A DNA stretch of 59,831 nt, the filler included. It is 5 parts of 5 records of this genome, joined end to end, with 100 filler letters (N's around TTAATTAATTAA, not from the genome) between each part and the next. Parts side by side here need not be neighbours in the genome. Positions count along the whole stretch, not along the records: positions 26,928 to 33,490 come from SRR31156797_1160; positions 33,591 to 48,098 come from SRR31156797_1172; 3 more parts are not named here. One strand, written 5' to 3'. A program made the translations under genes and the position numbers. Shown piece by piece: positions 30,904 to 41,185 of the stretch. The notes under the pieces were generated by a model that did no database searches, was not told where the DNA came from, and was given only the letters and a program-made list of their open reading frames with translations. The number at the start of each line of letters is the position of its first letter. Positions within the stretch are counted from its first letter, which is position 1.

Positions 30904-32103
30904 TTAATAAAGCGCTTCCTCATAAATAGCATCAAGCAAACTATCCTCTTCTTTTGTATCGTTCCCTAATTCCCAAAACATAATACCTCCGAGTTGATGC
31001 TCTATCGAATAACGAGTTTTTAATTTTACGGATAAGGTATCATCGTATGAAATCCAGATACCTTCCGTTGGATTAAATAAGAAGGGAGCTTTGGCCTTTT
31101 CGTCCCAAAAACGGATAAAGCCATTTTTACTTTCGTATTCTTCTCTGATTTTATGGTAGGCGCACCATCCGATGTGCACCCCTCCGTTAAGCTGATATAA
31201 ACCATTATTTTCAGGTCCAACACCTTTCCATGCGCGGCCATAAAATGCAGCTCCCACAACCAATTGTTCTGGTTTGGCACCTTGTAAAATACAATACTCC
31301 ACAATACTTTCTACAGAGCGGGGAGCTACCTTCTCCCCAATACTTACCAACTCTTCTCTCTGTTCTTCCATTATTTTACCCATCGGGGTATCGGCAATTT
31401 CCTCAAATGTTACCTTTCCCAAGGCCGTATGGTGTGCTGTTGTTGGATAATCTGCCGTTACCAGATCATAGGTCATAATATTCATAAAATCGGCATACTT
31501 TAACACTTCATTCATTTCAATAAAATTGTAATATCGCTCCCAACCGGCCGAAGCAAAAGTTAAAGTTTGCGGGCGATCCAGGTTATCCAGCTCTTCGCGC
31601 AACAATTTCATAATTGCGGTAAAATTTTCTTTATCAGCCTCGGGCCTGGCTTTAGTTCCTGCTCCCGAAATACCCGGATATTCCCAGTCCATATCCATGC
31701 CATCTAGCTCATATTTTTCAATAAAAGCAACAGCACTTTTGGCAAACTTCATCCGGCTTTCTTCTGTTAAAGCCATATCCGAGAAGCCATCAGCCCCCCA
31801 ACCACCACAGGCAATCATAACTTTCAAATGCTGATGATTTTTTCTTTGGGCCACCAGCTGCTCCAGTTTTTTACCAGATTCCTCATTCCTGAACTTCATT
31901 TCACCATCAATCACATTCGTAAAGCTAAAGATAATATGGGTTAATTTATCCAGTGGAAGTTGTTCGGGTTTATAATCTTTTTCAGCAACATAATAGGCCA
32001 ACACATTCACAGGCAGATTATTATTTCCATTTTTTGCAAACTCATGATTGGAACAAGCCCCGGTTAATAAACTCAATAAAACGATAGCAAGTAACTTATT
32101 CAT
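30904..32103 (-). CDS. GH18 chitinase-family lipoprotein
   Basis: Lipobox LTGAC, LTHIIFSF, GGWG, DGMDMDWEYP catalytic DxDxE, IMTYD, GIMFWE. Confidence 0.92.
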   Translation of the reverse strand: MNKLLAIVLLSLLTGACSNHEFAKNGNNNLPVNVLAYYVAEKDYKPEQLPLDKLTHIIFSFTNVIDGEMKFRNEESGKKLEQLVAQRKNHQHLKVMIACGGWGADGFSDMALTEESRMKFAKSAVAFIEKYELDGMDMDWEYPGISGAGTKARPEADKENFTAIMKLLREELDNLDRPQTLTFASAGWERYYNFIEMNEVLKYADFMNIMTYDLVTADYPTTAHHTALGKVTFEEIADTPMGKIMEEQREELVSIGEKVAPRSVESIVEYCILQGAKPEQLVVGAAFYGRAWKGVGPENNGLYQLNGGVHIGWCAYHKIREEYESKNGFIRFWDEKAKAPFLFNPTEGIWISYDDTLSVKLKTRYSIEHQLGGIMFWELGNDTKEEDSLLDAIYEEALY

Positions 32104-32189
32104 TGTAAAATAATTTGTGTTAGTTTTCCTTCAGTAAATATATATTTATATTTGCACTTTATAAAATTTTTAAAAACACCATTTTAAAA

Positions 32190-33490
32190 ATGAATAAACT
32201 AAAAAAGAATCATTTACTTCATAGTGGGTTTATCCTTCTATTTCTCGTTTCTAATTATAACTTCTGTATAGCACAATCGCCAGCTGATTGGGTCAATCCG
32301 TTTATTGGATCGACCAATTATGGGACAACAAATCCGGGAGCTGTTGTACCTCGTGGAATGGTATCGGTAGTTCCGTTTAATGTTAGTGGCAACTCCCCTT
32401 TAAATAAACGCGATAAAGATGATGGTTGGTGGTCAACTCCCTATTGCTGGGATAATAAATATTTTACAGGTTATTCTCATGTAAACCTGAGTGGTGTAGG
32501 TTGTCCGGAATTAGGAGTAATTCTGGTAATGCCAACATCAGGGGAAATAAATGGAGATCATTGTTACTACGGATCGGAAATGAGTAAACAGGAAGCACAC
32601 CCGGGATATTTCTCTACATTTCTGAATAAGTACAACATCAACACCGAGGTTTCGGCTACAGAGCGAACAGGAATTAGTCGCTTTACTTTCCCTGCAGGAC
32701 AATCAAATATATTAATTGATTTGGGAAATGGATTAACCAACGAAAGTGGAGCTTCAATTAAAATTATAAATAACCAGGAGATTGAGGGCTGGCGAATGAC
32801 CGGTACTTTTTGTTACAATGATGGCACAGAGCGCCCGGTGTATTTTGTAGCCCGTTTTAGTAAGCCTGCCAAAAGTTTTGGCGTATGGAAAAAGATGCCC
32901 AAAATGGGTCCCGAGGCAGCCTGGTCATCAACAAGTGATAAAATAAAATACTACAAAAATTTTAAAGCTGAGATGTCGGGCGATAGCATTGGAAGTTGGT
33001 TTACATTCAACACTAAAGCCAATGAGGAGATTTTGGTTGAGGTGGGAATCTCTTATGTAAGCATCGATAATGCCCGTTTGAACCTTAACCACGAATCGAA
33101 TAATTTCGATTTTGAAACGACGCGTAAAAAAGCGGAAGATAAATGGAATGAGGCCTTATCTACCATTACAGTAAAAGGTGGCACCAATGATCAGAAAACT
33201 GTTTTTTATACGGGTTTGTATCACATACAAATTCACCCAAATATTTTGAGTGATATAAACGGAGAATATCCGGCAATGGAATCGTTTGAAACAAAGGTAC
33301 ATCCAAATGGAGAACGTTACACCGTTTTTTCGTTGTGGGATACCTACCGTAACCTTCACCCGTTTTTAAGTCTGGCCTTTCCGCAACAACAATTAAATGT
33401 GGTGCAATCAATGATAGAAATGTATGAAGAAAGCGGCTGGTTGCCCAAATGGGAATTGAACAGCACCGAAACACATGTTATGGAAGGCGA
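32190..33490 (+). CDS. GH92 alpha-1,2-mannosidase (3' truncated)
   Basis: WVNPFIG, GYSHVNLSGVGC, FYTGLYH, FSLWDTYRNLHP, GWLPKW. Confidence 0.92.
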
Positions 33491-33590
33491 NNNNNNNNNN
33501 NNNNNNNNNNNNNNNNNNNNNNNNNNNNNNNNNNTTAATTAATTAANNNNNNNNNNNNNNNNNNNNNNNNNNNNNNNNNNNNNNNNNNNN
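33491..33590. other. Artificial contig linker
   Basis: N run - TTAATTAATTAA - N run. Confidence 0.98.
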
Positions 33591-33655
33591 GGTTTGCGCC
33601 GCAGTTATTTACCGATTTTTCCCTTTTTAACTGCCTTTGAGCTGGTGACTGGTGT

Positions 33656-34804
33656 TCATCTGCTCAATTTTGAAACAAACAAACGCAGGATGCAACTAAT
33701 AATTCTCTCTTTATCACTGATTGTGAGGTTGGAGCCGGAAGGCAAGCACAATCCGTTTTTGAATAATTCGTCTGAAATGCCGGAGCCGTAAAAGGGATAA
33801 CCTTTAAATACCGGCTGCAGGTGCATGGGTTTCCATAAGGGGCGCGACTCAATATTTTCTGCTTCCATAGTCTGCCGAATGGTTTCGCGTGAAACGCCAT
33901 GGGTCTTTTTAGGATCAACAGTTATGCAGGTTAGCCAGTAATTAGAAATGAAATTTTTATCCGGTTCTTCAAGAAAACGGATTCCATCAATTCCTTCCAG
34001 GTGTTTTTTATAAAATTTGAAATTGTCTCTGCGTAAGGCAATGTGTTTATCCAGTACTTCCATTTGACCGCGGCCAATACCAGCTGCGACATTACTCATC
34101 CGGTAGTTATATCCTATCTCGCTGTGTTCGTAGTGAGGTGCTTTGTCCCGGGCCTGTGTGGCAAGAAACCTTGATTTTTCAATTAATTTTTCGTTGTCGG
34201 AAATTAGAGCACCGCCGCCCGATGTTGTTATAATTTTATTTCCGTTAAACGAAAGAATGCCCATCAATCCAAATGAGCCCAGTGACCTCCCTTTATATTT
34301 ACTTCCCAACGCTTCGGCGGCATCTTCAATTACAGGAATATCATAACGATTGGCTATTTCAATTAGCTTATCCATTTTAGCAGGCATACCATAAAGGTGA
34401 ACGGGTATAATAGCCTTGGGCTTTGTGCCTTTAGCTATGCTGTCTGTTATTGCTTTTTCCAGCAGTTCTGGGTTCATGTTCCAGGTATCGGGCTCGCTGT
34501 CGATAAAAACAGGAGTAGCTCCCTGGTAGATGATTGGATTTACAGATGCAGAAAAAGTAAACGACGATACCATTACTTTATCTCCCGGTTTTACACCAAG
34601 CATGATAAGCGCCAAATGAATGGCTGCCGTTCCCGAGCTTAATACCGATGCTGCTTTTACTCCGGTGTATTCTGCCAGGTCCTGTTCAAACCCGTTTACA
34701 TTGGGGCCCAGAGGGGCTATCCAGTTGGTGTCGAATGCTTCCTGAACATAGTTGCGTTCGGCGCCACCCATGTGCGGGCAGGAGAGGTAGATTTTATTTT
34801 GCAT
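33656..34804 (-). CDS. DegT/DnrJ family sugar aminotransferase (PglE/EpsN-like)
   Basis: NWIAPLGPNV, SSGTAAIHLAL, EDAAEALGS, SFNGNKIITTSGGG, ESRPLWKPMH. Confidence 0.92.
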   Translation of the reverse strand: MQNKIYLSCPHMGGAERNYVQEAFDTNWIAPLGPNVNGFEQDLAEYTGVKAASVLSSGTAAIHLALIMLGVKPGDKVMVSSFTFSASVNPIIYQGATPVFIDSEPDTWNMNPELLEKAITDSIAKGTKPKAIIPVHLYGMPAKMDKLIEIANRYDIPVIEDAAEALGSKYKGRSLGSFGLMGILSFNGNKIITTSGGGALISDNEKLIEKSRFLATQARDKAPHYEHSEIGYNYRMSNVAAGIGRGQMEVLDKHIALRRDNFKFYKKHLEGIDGIRFLEEPDKNFISNYWLTCITVDPKKTHGVSRETIRQTMEAENIESRPLWKPMHLQPVFKGYPFYGSGISDELFKNGLCLPSGSNLTISDKERIISCILRLFVSKLSR

Positions 34805-34812
34805 GGAAAGGA

Positions 34813-34875
34813 AATTGTTAAATGGAGAAATTGTTAGAATTGTTAAATTGAGAAATTGTTAGAATTGTTAAATTG
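34813..34875. repeat. Degenerate tandem repeats built on AATTGTTA
   Basis: GAGAAATTGTTAGAATTGTTAAATT occurs twice in tandem, plus partial units. Confidence 0.7.
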
Positions 34876-35008
34876 GAAAAAGAAAAAGGGTAAAATTGAA
34901 AAACGGTAAAAATGTAAGAGAGAAATTATTGAATCGATAAGTTGAATTGAAATGGTTTTAAATTTTAGGTTGTCACTTTGAATTAAAAATTATAATCCAC
35001 AAACATTT

Positions 35009-35094
35009 CCCCTCCTGTTTTTCAGGAGGGGTGGCTAAGTCCCTGTCCTGACGTAAAATTGGGCAAAATGTATCTGGACTTAGTCGGGGTGGTT
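35009..35094 (+). repeat. REP-like element, copy A
   Basis: CCCCTCCTG-TTTTT-CAGGAGGGG hairpin, then TGG, CTAAGTCC..GGACTTAG stem, CGGGGTGGTT end. Confidence 0.7.
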
Positions 35095-35127
35095 AATTAA
35101 CCTACAAACCACTTCGACTTCCGCTGT

Positions 35128-35733
35128 TTACAGAATCCAATCTTCTTTCAACTTTCTCCCCAGCACAGTAAAAACAATAATCTTAAAATCGAACCAAAAA
35201 GTGCGATGTTTCAAGTATTCCAGGTTGATACGCACTTTATCGGGCCAGATAACTTCGTCGTTGTATTTTACAGGATCGTCCTGTTGAGCCAGTATTTCTT
35301 CTTCGTTGGCATATTTCATGCTGGCGGGGCCAGTGATGCCGGGTTTGAGCAACAATATTTTCCGGTCTTCCCCTTCCAGTTTATCGGCATAACCGGGAAC
35401 GTCGGGGCGGGGGCCTACAAAACTCATTTCGCCTTTGACGACGTTCCACAGCTCAGGAAGCTCATCGAGTTTGTATTTGCGCAAGGTTGCTCCCAGCGGC
35501 GTAATTCTGCTTTCGCCTTTTACTGAAATAGTACCGCCGCCGTGATCTACTTTCATAGTGCGGAATTTAACCAACCCAAACAGTTTGCCGTGCTGACCGA
35601 TTCTCTGCTGAATAAAAAACACCGGGCCGGGCATTTTAAGTTTAATAAGGAATATAACAACCAGCAATACCGGAGAAAGAATAATCAATCCGAGCAGGGA
35701 CACGACAAAATCAAAAACTCGTTTAATCAGCAT
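35128..35733 (-). CDS. Initiating phosphoglycosyl transferase (PglC/WcaJ C-terminal family)
   Basis: IKRVFD, KFRTM, LRKYKLDELPEL, MSFVGPRP, KPGITG. Confidence 0.93.
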   Translation of the reverse strand: MLIKRVFDFVVSLLGLIILSPVLLVVIFLIKLKMPGPVFFIQQRIGQHGKLFGLVKFRTMKVDHGGGTISVKGESRITPLGATLRKYKLDELPELWNVVKGEMSFVGPRPDVPGYADKLEGEDRKILLLKPGITGPASMKYANEEEILAQQDDPVKYNDEVIWPDKVRINLEYLKHRTFWFDFKIIVFTVLGRKLKEDWIL

Positions 35734-36346
35734 TTAAATCCGGGTTAAATTCAATTTTCTTAATATACACATTCGATACATCATTACCGTGAATGGTTAT
35801 TTGTTTGGCTACAACAAATCCATTTTTACGATAAAAATTATTGGCCTTTTCCAGCTTTTCCCCAGCTACAACTTTATAAGTCTGAATTCCTTTTTTCTGT
35901 AATTCATTTTCCAAAATCTTAATTAATTGTGTTCCGATTCCTCTTTTTTGTGCTTTGTGACTTACAGAAATGGAAAGTAATTCAGTTTGTGGAATTACAT
36001 TTTCAGTACCTGAATTTGAACCGGACCGGGTAGGTGCTTTATATGTTTCAAAAAGGGGCTTAATTAATTTGGGAAACTTTAATAATGCCAATAATAGTTT
36101 TAATAAACCTTCCGGACTTGAAAAAAGAAAACGTTTCATAATTCCTTTTGATGATAACGCACAACTGACAAATCCTAAAACATTTTTTTCTTCTATGTAA
36201 ACCAACACCAGTTCCTTTTTTACAAGGAAAGAATATAACGATTGCAAAAAGCTAACACCCAGTTTTGAAAGAAATCCTTCGTTGATGGTTTGTTGATGGA
36301 GGGTTGCAATTTGCCTTGAATATGCTGTACTTGCTTTGGTAATCAT
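35723..36346 (-). CDS. GNAT family N-acetyltransferase
   Basis: ELLSISV..AQKRGIGTQL, ANNFYRKNGF. Confidence 0.85.
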   Translation of the reverse strand: MITKASTAYSRQIATLHQQTINEGFLSKLGVSFLQSLYSFLVKKELVLVYIEEKNVLGFVSCALSSKGIMKRFLFSSPEGLLKLLLALLKFPKLIKPLFETYKAPTRSGSNSGTENVIPQTELLSISVSHKAQKRGIGTQLIKILENELQKKGIQTYKVVAGEKLEKANNFYRKNGFVVAKQITIHGNDVSNVYIKKIEFNPDLNAD

Positions 36347-36352
36347 ATTCCT

Positions 36353-37204
36353 TTAAATGGTTAAGACTGGTACTGACCTCCAATCAATAATCTTATTAGC
36401 CTCTTCCATACTTATAAAATTGAAATCAGAAAGTAATTTTGAAAACTTCATGAAATTTTTATTAAGTCCATAATAGTCTTTAAAGTATCTTATAACTGCA
36501 TGTTCATCTTGCAAGGATTCAATTTTTCTTTTTTGTTCTATGTCAAAATCCTTAATATGAAAATAGGTCATTACATAATCACTGTTTTTAATTAATGATT
36601 TTATTACAGAATAAGGAAATAATCTAAAATATCCTCCACCTGAATACGCAATATTTTTACCTAAAATGTTGGCAGTTGATATTGGAAACTCTTTAATTTC
36701 AAATCCATTATATTTAATTACTGATGGAGTCTTTTGATTATAGTTAGGGAATCCTCCAAAACTTCTGGTTGTAGGGAAAATAGAACTATCTTGCGTTATT
36801 CCATTTTTAGCTAAAATTTCAAATATCCATTTGTTCTTTTCCATAATAGAAAAGGCTGGAGCACGATATGCCGATACTTTTTCTCCTACTAAATTCTCAA
36901 TTATATCTAATGCTTTTCTGGTATCTTCTTCAACTTCTTTTGGTTTTGCATCTCCCCAGAATTTGTGACTAAAGGAATGACATCCAATATGATGTTTGTG
37001 GGCTGTAATTTTTTTAATTATTTCAGGATATTCTTTAGCAACTTCTCCAAGGCAAAAGAAAGTGGCACTAATATCTTTTTCTACCAATAAATCGAGTATA
37101 TTATCCAAGTACCCATTGATGCGGGGAATATAATCCTTTTTGTGACCGATTGAATAATTATTATAAACCCACCAGTCTTCAATGTCAAAAGTTAGTATGT
37201 TCAT
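36353..37204 (-). CDS. Polysaccharide deacetylase family protein
   Basis: LTFDIEDW, ATFFCLG, HSFSH, YRAPAFS, SGGGYFRLFPY. Confidence 0.9.
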   Translation of the reverse strand: MNILTFDIEDWWVYNNYSIGHKKDYIPRINGYLDNILDLLVEKDISATFFCLGEVAKEYPEIIKKITAHKHHIGCHSFSHKFWGDAKPKEVEEDTRKALDIIENLVGEKVSAYRAPAFSIMEKNKWIFEILAKNGITQDSSIFPTTRSFGGFPNYNQKTPSVIKYNGFEIKEFPISTANILGKNIAYSGGGYFRLFPYSVIKSLIKNSDYVMTYFHIKDFDIEQKRKIESLQDEHAVIRYFKDYYGLNKNFMKFSKLLSDFNFISMEEANKIIDWRSVPVLTI

Positions 37205-37208
37205 TTAA

Positions 37209-37802
37209 TTATTCTGGTTCATTTTTTCTTACAGGGATACTTTTTACAACTTTTGCCGGACGACCTGTAGCAATTGACCAGGCAGGAATATCTTTTGTTA
37301 CCAAAGAAAATGCACCAATAATAGAACCTTCACCTATTGTAACACCAGGCATTATCATGGAGCCCATTCCAATCAAGCATCCTTTTTTTAAATGTATTTT
37401 GCCTAACTTATATCCTAATTTGGCATAATCATCACCAACAAAATAGTTAGTCAAGTTTCGCTGATGACATAACAGGATAGATTGACCGGCGATATGCACA
37501 TGGTCTTCGAGGATGATTAAATCAGCATGACCTGAATCCACAACAACATGAGCGCCGATAAAAACATTTTTACCGACTTTACATCCAATCCAACTTAAAA
37601 CTTTAGGTCTTAATTTCCTTGGACTGATAGGCTCAAGCAAGGCAGAATTCATAAAATATTTCAAAAGGAATGCATTCCTGATCGCTGTAAAGAACCTTTT
37701 TACCACTTCGACCATTGAGACGTTACCATATTCCTCTTCAGAATAGTTTAGTCCCATTTTTTTTAATAATTTATAACAAATGCTTAATTTAACGTCTGTC
37801 AT
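37209..37802 (-). CDS. Hexapeptide-repeat acyltransferase
   Basis: Left-handed beta-helix repeats, IMPGVTIGEGSIIGAFSLVTKDIP, GRPAKVVK; likely start MTDVK. Confidence 0.88.
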   Translation of the reverse strand: MTDVKLSICYKLLKKMGLNYSEEEYGNVSMVEVVKRFFTAIRNAFLLKYFMNSALLEPISPRKLRPKVLSWIGCKVGKNVFIGAHVVVDSGHADLIILEDHVHIAGQSILLCHQRNLTNYFVGDDYAKLGYKLGKIHLKKGCLIGMGSMIMPGVTIGEGSIIGAFSLVTKDIPAWSIATGRPAKVVKSIPVRKNEPE

Positions 37803-38955
37803 TATATTCCGATAAAAAATTATATATGTATGGCCATACCTTGACATGATCATAGTTGCTAACTACCCAGTTTCTACCATTTTCGCCCAATTGATTCCTC
37901 ACAAGTTTGTTAAATAAATACTCAATACTCAAACAAATATCTAATGGGTCAATCTTTACGAAAATACCAGTTTTATTCTCTATAATAGAATCAATACAGC
38001 CTGTACTTTTAGTTGTAATAACAGGCAACTTCATTGAAGAGGCCTCCAAAACTGCAGTCGGGAATCCTTCACGATAAGAAGGAAGTATAAAAATATCCAT
38101 GATTGAATAATACAGCTCAATATTATTGCTTATAAAACCAGTTACAATAATGTCCTTACTGGAATGAATATATTGAATAAGGTCTTCCGAAATTGAATCT
38201 CTCCTTTCAATTTCCCCTACAAGCATTAATTTTACAGACTTCCATGGATATCTACTTTTTAGCAATTTGAATGCCTCAATTAATTCAGGAATACCTTTAT
38301 CTTGAACAAACCTGCCAACAAAACCAATAACCAGATCCTTCTCCAAAATTCCGAGCTGTATTTTCAGGTTTAATTTGTCTGCTGAATCAATCAAATCGGG
38401 ATTAAATTTACGCAGTGTATCAATACCTCCACATGTGCCTTTTCCCAAAATCAACTGTTTGTCTACTTTGTCAATTTTATAATTAACTCTTGCATCTGCA
38501 ACTGACTTGCTTACACATACCACCTTATGAGCCAAATACGATTCAAAACTACTTTCAAGGATTAATGCCTTTCTTCTTATTCCTTTTGAAGTCTCAAACA
38601 GAACACCATGAGCAAAAATAATTATATGCGGTACCCTCATTATCGTTCCTGCTAAGACGGTTAATAATCTAGCTTTTGCCTGATGACCTATAATAATATT
38701 AATCTTATTCTTTTTAATGTATTTACATATTTTTATCAGAGCTTTAAGATCACTTATTAATGAAACTTGTCTATTCAAAACTACTGCAAGAGATAGAATA
38801 TTTTGTTCCTTAGAAAAAGACTCCATACCTTCTGATGGGCTGCAAATCAAATGCATTTTAAATCCTTTATCTTGTAGATAAGAAAATTGTCCTCCGATAA
38901 ATATCTTTGCAGAATTAAATAAGTTTATTACTTCTAGCACATTCCTATTGTCCAT
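37789..38955 (-). CDS. GT4 glycosyltransferase (CapM-like)
   Basis: GFVGRFVQDKG, LPSYREGFPTAVLEA. Confidence 0.9.
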   Translation of the reverse strand: MDNRNVLEVINLFNSAKIFIGGQFSYLQDKGFKMHLICSPSEGMESFSKEQNILSLAVVLNRQVSLISDLKALIKICKYIKKNKINIIIGHQAKARLLTVLAGTIMRVPHIIIFAHGVLFETSKGIRRKALILESSFESYLAHKVVCVSKSVADARVNYKIDKVDKQLILGKGTCGGIDTLRKFNPDLIDSADKLNLKIQLGILEKDLVIGFVGRFVQDKGIPELIEAFKLLKSRYPWKSVKLMLVGEIERRDSISEDLIQYIHSSKDIIVTGFISNNIELYYSIMDIFILPSYREGFPTAVLEASSMKLPVITTKSTGCIDSIIENKTGIFVKIDPLDICLSIEYLFNKLVRNQLGENGRNWVVSNYDHVKVWPYIYNFLSEYNDRR

Positions 38956-38964
38956 TTACCACAA

Positions 38965-40035
38965 TTAAAAGGTTTTATTATGAAGTACTAATGATTTTAT
39001 CTCGTTATGCCACTGCTCTACTATTTTTTCCGTAGAAAATAATATCGCCAATTTACTCGCGTTATTCGCTAGAAAATTAGCAAATTCAGTATTTTGTAGT
39101 TGTTCAAACGCATCCACCAATTGATTTTCACTTCCCAAATCAATTAATATTCCGTTCTTACCATGTGATATAATGTCAATTGCGCCTGAAGTTTTCGTTG
39201 AAATTACTGGCAATCCCAAACAAAGTGCTTCAATAAGTGAATTTGACATGCCTTCGTAATTTGACGTGATTACAAAAAAAGAAGCTTTGACAAGTTCTTC
39301 TACAATATTTTCTCTTTTCCCCAACAGAAAAACCGAAGATTCTAAACTCAACGAAACTATTAAATCATTTAATTCGCTATACAATTCACCATCTCCTATA
39401 ATTTTCAATGTATAATTTGTATGTCTTTTATGAAATCTCGCAAAACCCTTAATCAACAAAGAATAATTTTTTTGCCTCGTCAAACGGCCAACAGCATATA
39501 TGGTTAGATTTTTCTTAACCTCCAATGCATGTCCCGTTTTAAAACATGATTCAACTGGATTATAAATGATTTCCACTCTCCTTTGAACGGTCATGGAATA
39601 AAACTCCTTAATGCTTTGCGTCTGAACAATAATTCTGTTTGCTCTGAATAAGACTAATCTCGCCAGGAGTCTCCTAATAAAAGAATACCTTCTTGGATCA
39701 TTTCTATCTGATATTAATATTGGTGTTTTAGTATCTAACAAACTAAATAAAGTAAATAAATAGAAAGGATTCATGAAGGCAATAACTACATCAGGATTAG
39801 CACTATTTATATATTTGCGAAACCAAAAAATCTTACCTATGACGCTTTTATATTTGATTTTGTCTTCCATGTATACAATTTCTACTCCTTTATCAACAAC
39901 ATAAAAAACTGAAGTTTTATAGTAACAAACGATAGTAATATCATAATCATACTTCAATAACTCCCTGGTTAATATTGCAACGACTCTTTCCGCTCCACCT
40001 GACTGCAGAGTACCTATCACAAAGACTAGCTTCAT
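38965..40035 (-). CDS. GT4 glycosyltransferase (PglJ/AmsD-like)
   Basis: GGAERV, VGRLTRQKN, SNYEGMSNSLIEA. Confidence 0.9.
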   Translation of the reverse strand: MKLVFVIGTLQSGGAERVVAILTRELLKYDYDITIVCYYKTSVFYVVDKGVEIVYMEDKIKYKSVIGKIFWFRKYINSANPDVVIAFMNPFYLFTLFSLLDTKTPILISDRNDPRRYSFIRRLLARLVLFRANRIIVQTQSIKEFYSMTVQRRVEIIYNPVESCFKTGHALEVKKNLTIYAVGRLTRQKNYSLLIKGFARFHKRHTNYTLKIIGDGELYSELNDLIVSLSLESSVFLLGKRENIVEELVKASFFVITSNYEGMSNSLIEALCLGLPVISTKTSGAIDIISHGKNGILIDLGSENQLVDAFEQLQNTEFANFLANNASKLAILFSTEKIVEQWHNEIKSLVLHNKTF

Positions 40036-40039
40036 TTGC

Positions 40040-41185
40040 TTACTTTAGTTTTGTCAAAAATTGGCTTGATTTTACTATCTCGTCACGATGAACCAAAACA
40101 ATTAGATTTGAAAACAAAAAAGGGAAAAATAACATTTTTTGCCTCATGGCAATTGCTAAATTGGTTAATACTGAAGATTGAAGAATCCACAAAAACAAAA
40201 AAGCAACCAAAGGGAAAATCATAATATATTTCACTTTGAATTTTCTAATAAAACTTAAAACCATGAATGCCCATACCAAATTTTCTAAAGACGCCTCTAA
40301 TTGCAATGCATTAGAAGCATCAAAGAAAAAGGGCCTGAAAATATAAGAAACGAGTCTAACTACAATGTGACTGTTAGACATATCTATCGACATGCCCCCT
40401 CCTTGATTTCTTGATAACAATTCTCTAGAATATGACACAAGAGCATCTGATTCAAATGATTTCAAATATAACCGCTCTTGCACAAGTGGCATCGCAGCTA
40501 TAATTGCAACGATTCCTACACTAATTATTATAGCTCTTGATGTCCAATTTATTTTCTTCTGTAATAATGTTGATGTCAGCAGCGAAAAGATGACTACCAA
40601 GAAAATGTGGCTTCTAGTAAACAAAAGAATACTCCCAGGGAGCAAATAATTAAATAAATGCCTTTTGTAATACCACAAATATAATATGGAACTTATGGAA
40701 AAAAAGCATAAAGAATCTTTTCCTAAAGCACAAGTCCAAAAATGCATTTGTGGTAACAAAAACACATACAACCAATTTGTCCAGCTTTTCAAGAGTACAT
40801 TACCTATGACCTCTAATAATAATTTCCATCCTATTAAACCTATAAATGAAAATACAAGCATTGCTCCAATTAATCTTAAATGAAAAAGACGTGTTAATAT
40901 TGAAGCTAGAAAAACGATAAATTCAGAGCCCTGTTTTAAAGTAAAATCATAACTCAATGATGCTAAATAGTAGGCTTTTGTATCTCCCGGATTATAAATA
41001 ATATATACAAGATAAAATATCGTAGTTAAAATATGTATCATACCCATCATCATATATAACAATGAATATTTTCTCCCAAACTTTAAACGGAAGTATGTAA
41101 CTCCATGATTTAGAACTAAAAGATATAACAGACCTACTAAAATATCTGTTATACCAAATTCAAGCAAATTATTCATTTGGTTCAT
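40040..41185 (-). CDS. wzy: Polysaccharide polymerase Wzy-like membrane protein
   Basis: About 10 hydrophobic segments, WTCALGKDSL, RPFFFDA, MRQK; position in the locus. Confidence 0.6.
   Translation of the reverse strand: MNQMNNLLEFGITDILVGLLYLLVLNHGVTYFRLKFGRKYSLLYMMMGMIHILTTIFYLVYIIYNPGDTKAYYLASLSYDFTLKQGSEFIVFLASILTRLFHLRLIGAMLVFSFIGLIGWKLLLEVIGNVLLKSWTNWLYVFLLPQMHFWTCALGKDSLCFFSISSILYLWYYKRHLFNYLLPGSILLFTRSHIFLVVIFSLLTSTLLQKKINWTSRAIIISVGIVAIIAAMPLVQERLYLKSFESDALVSYSRELLSRNQGGGMSIDMSNSHIVVRLVSYIFRPFFFDASNALQLEASLENLVWAFMVLSFIRKFKVKYIMIFPLVAFLFLWILQSSVLTNLAIAMRQKMLFFPFLFSNLIVLVHRDEIVKSSQFLTKLK

Noticed and set aside
34813-34875. Direct repeats that might be a CRISPR array
   Set aside because: Units are adjacent low-complexity repeats with no unique spacers, and no cas genes occur anywhere in the window.
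35093-35100. TTAATTAA resembling the linker
   Set aside because: Single natural 8-mer with no flanking Ns.
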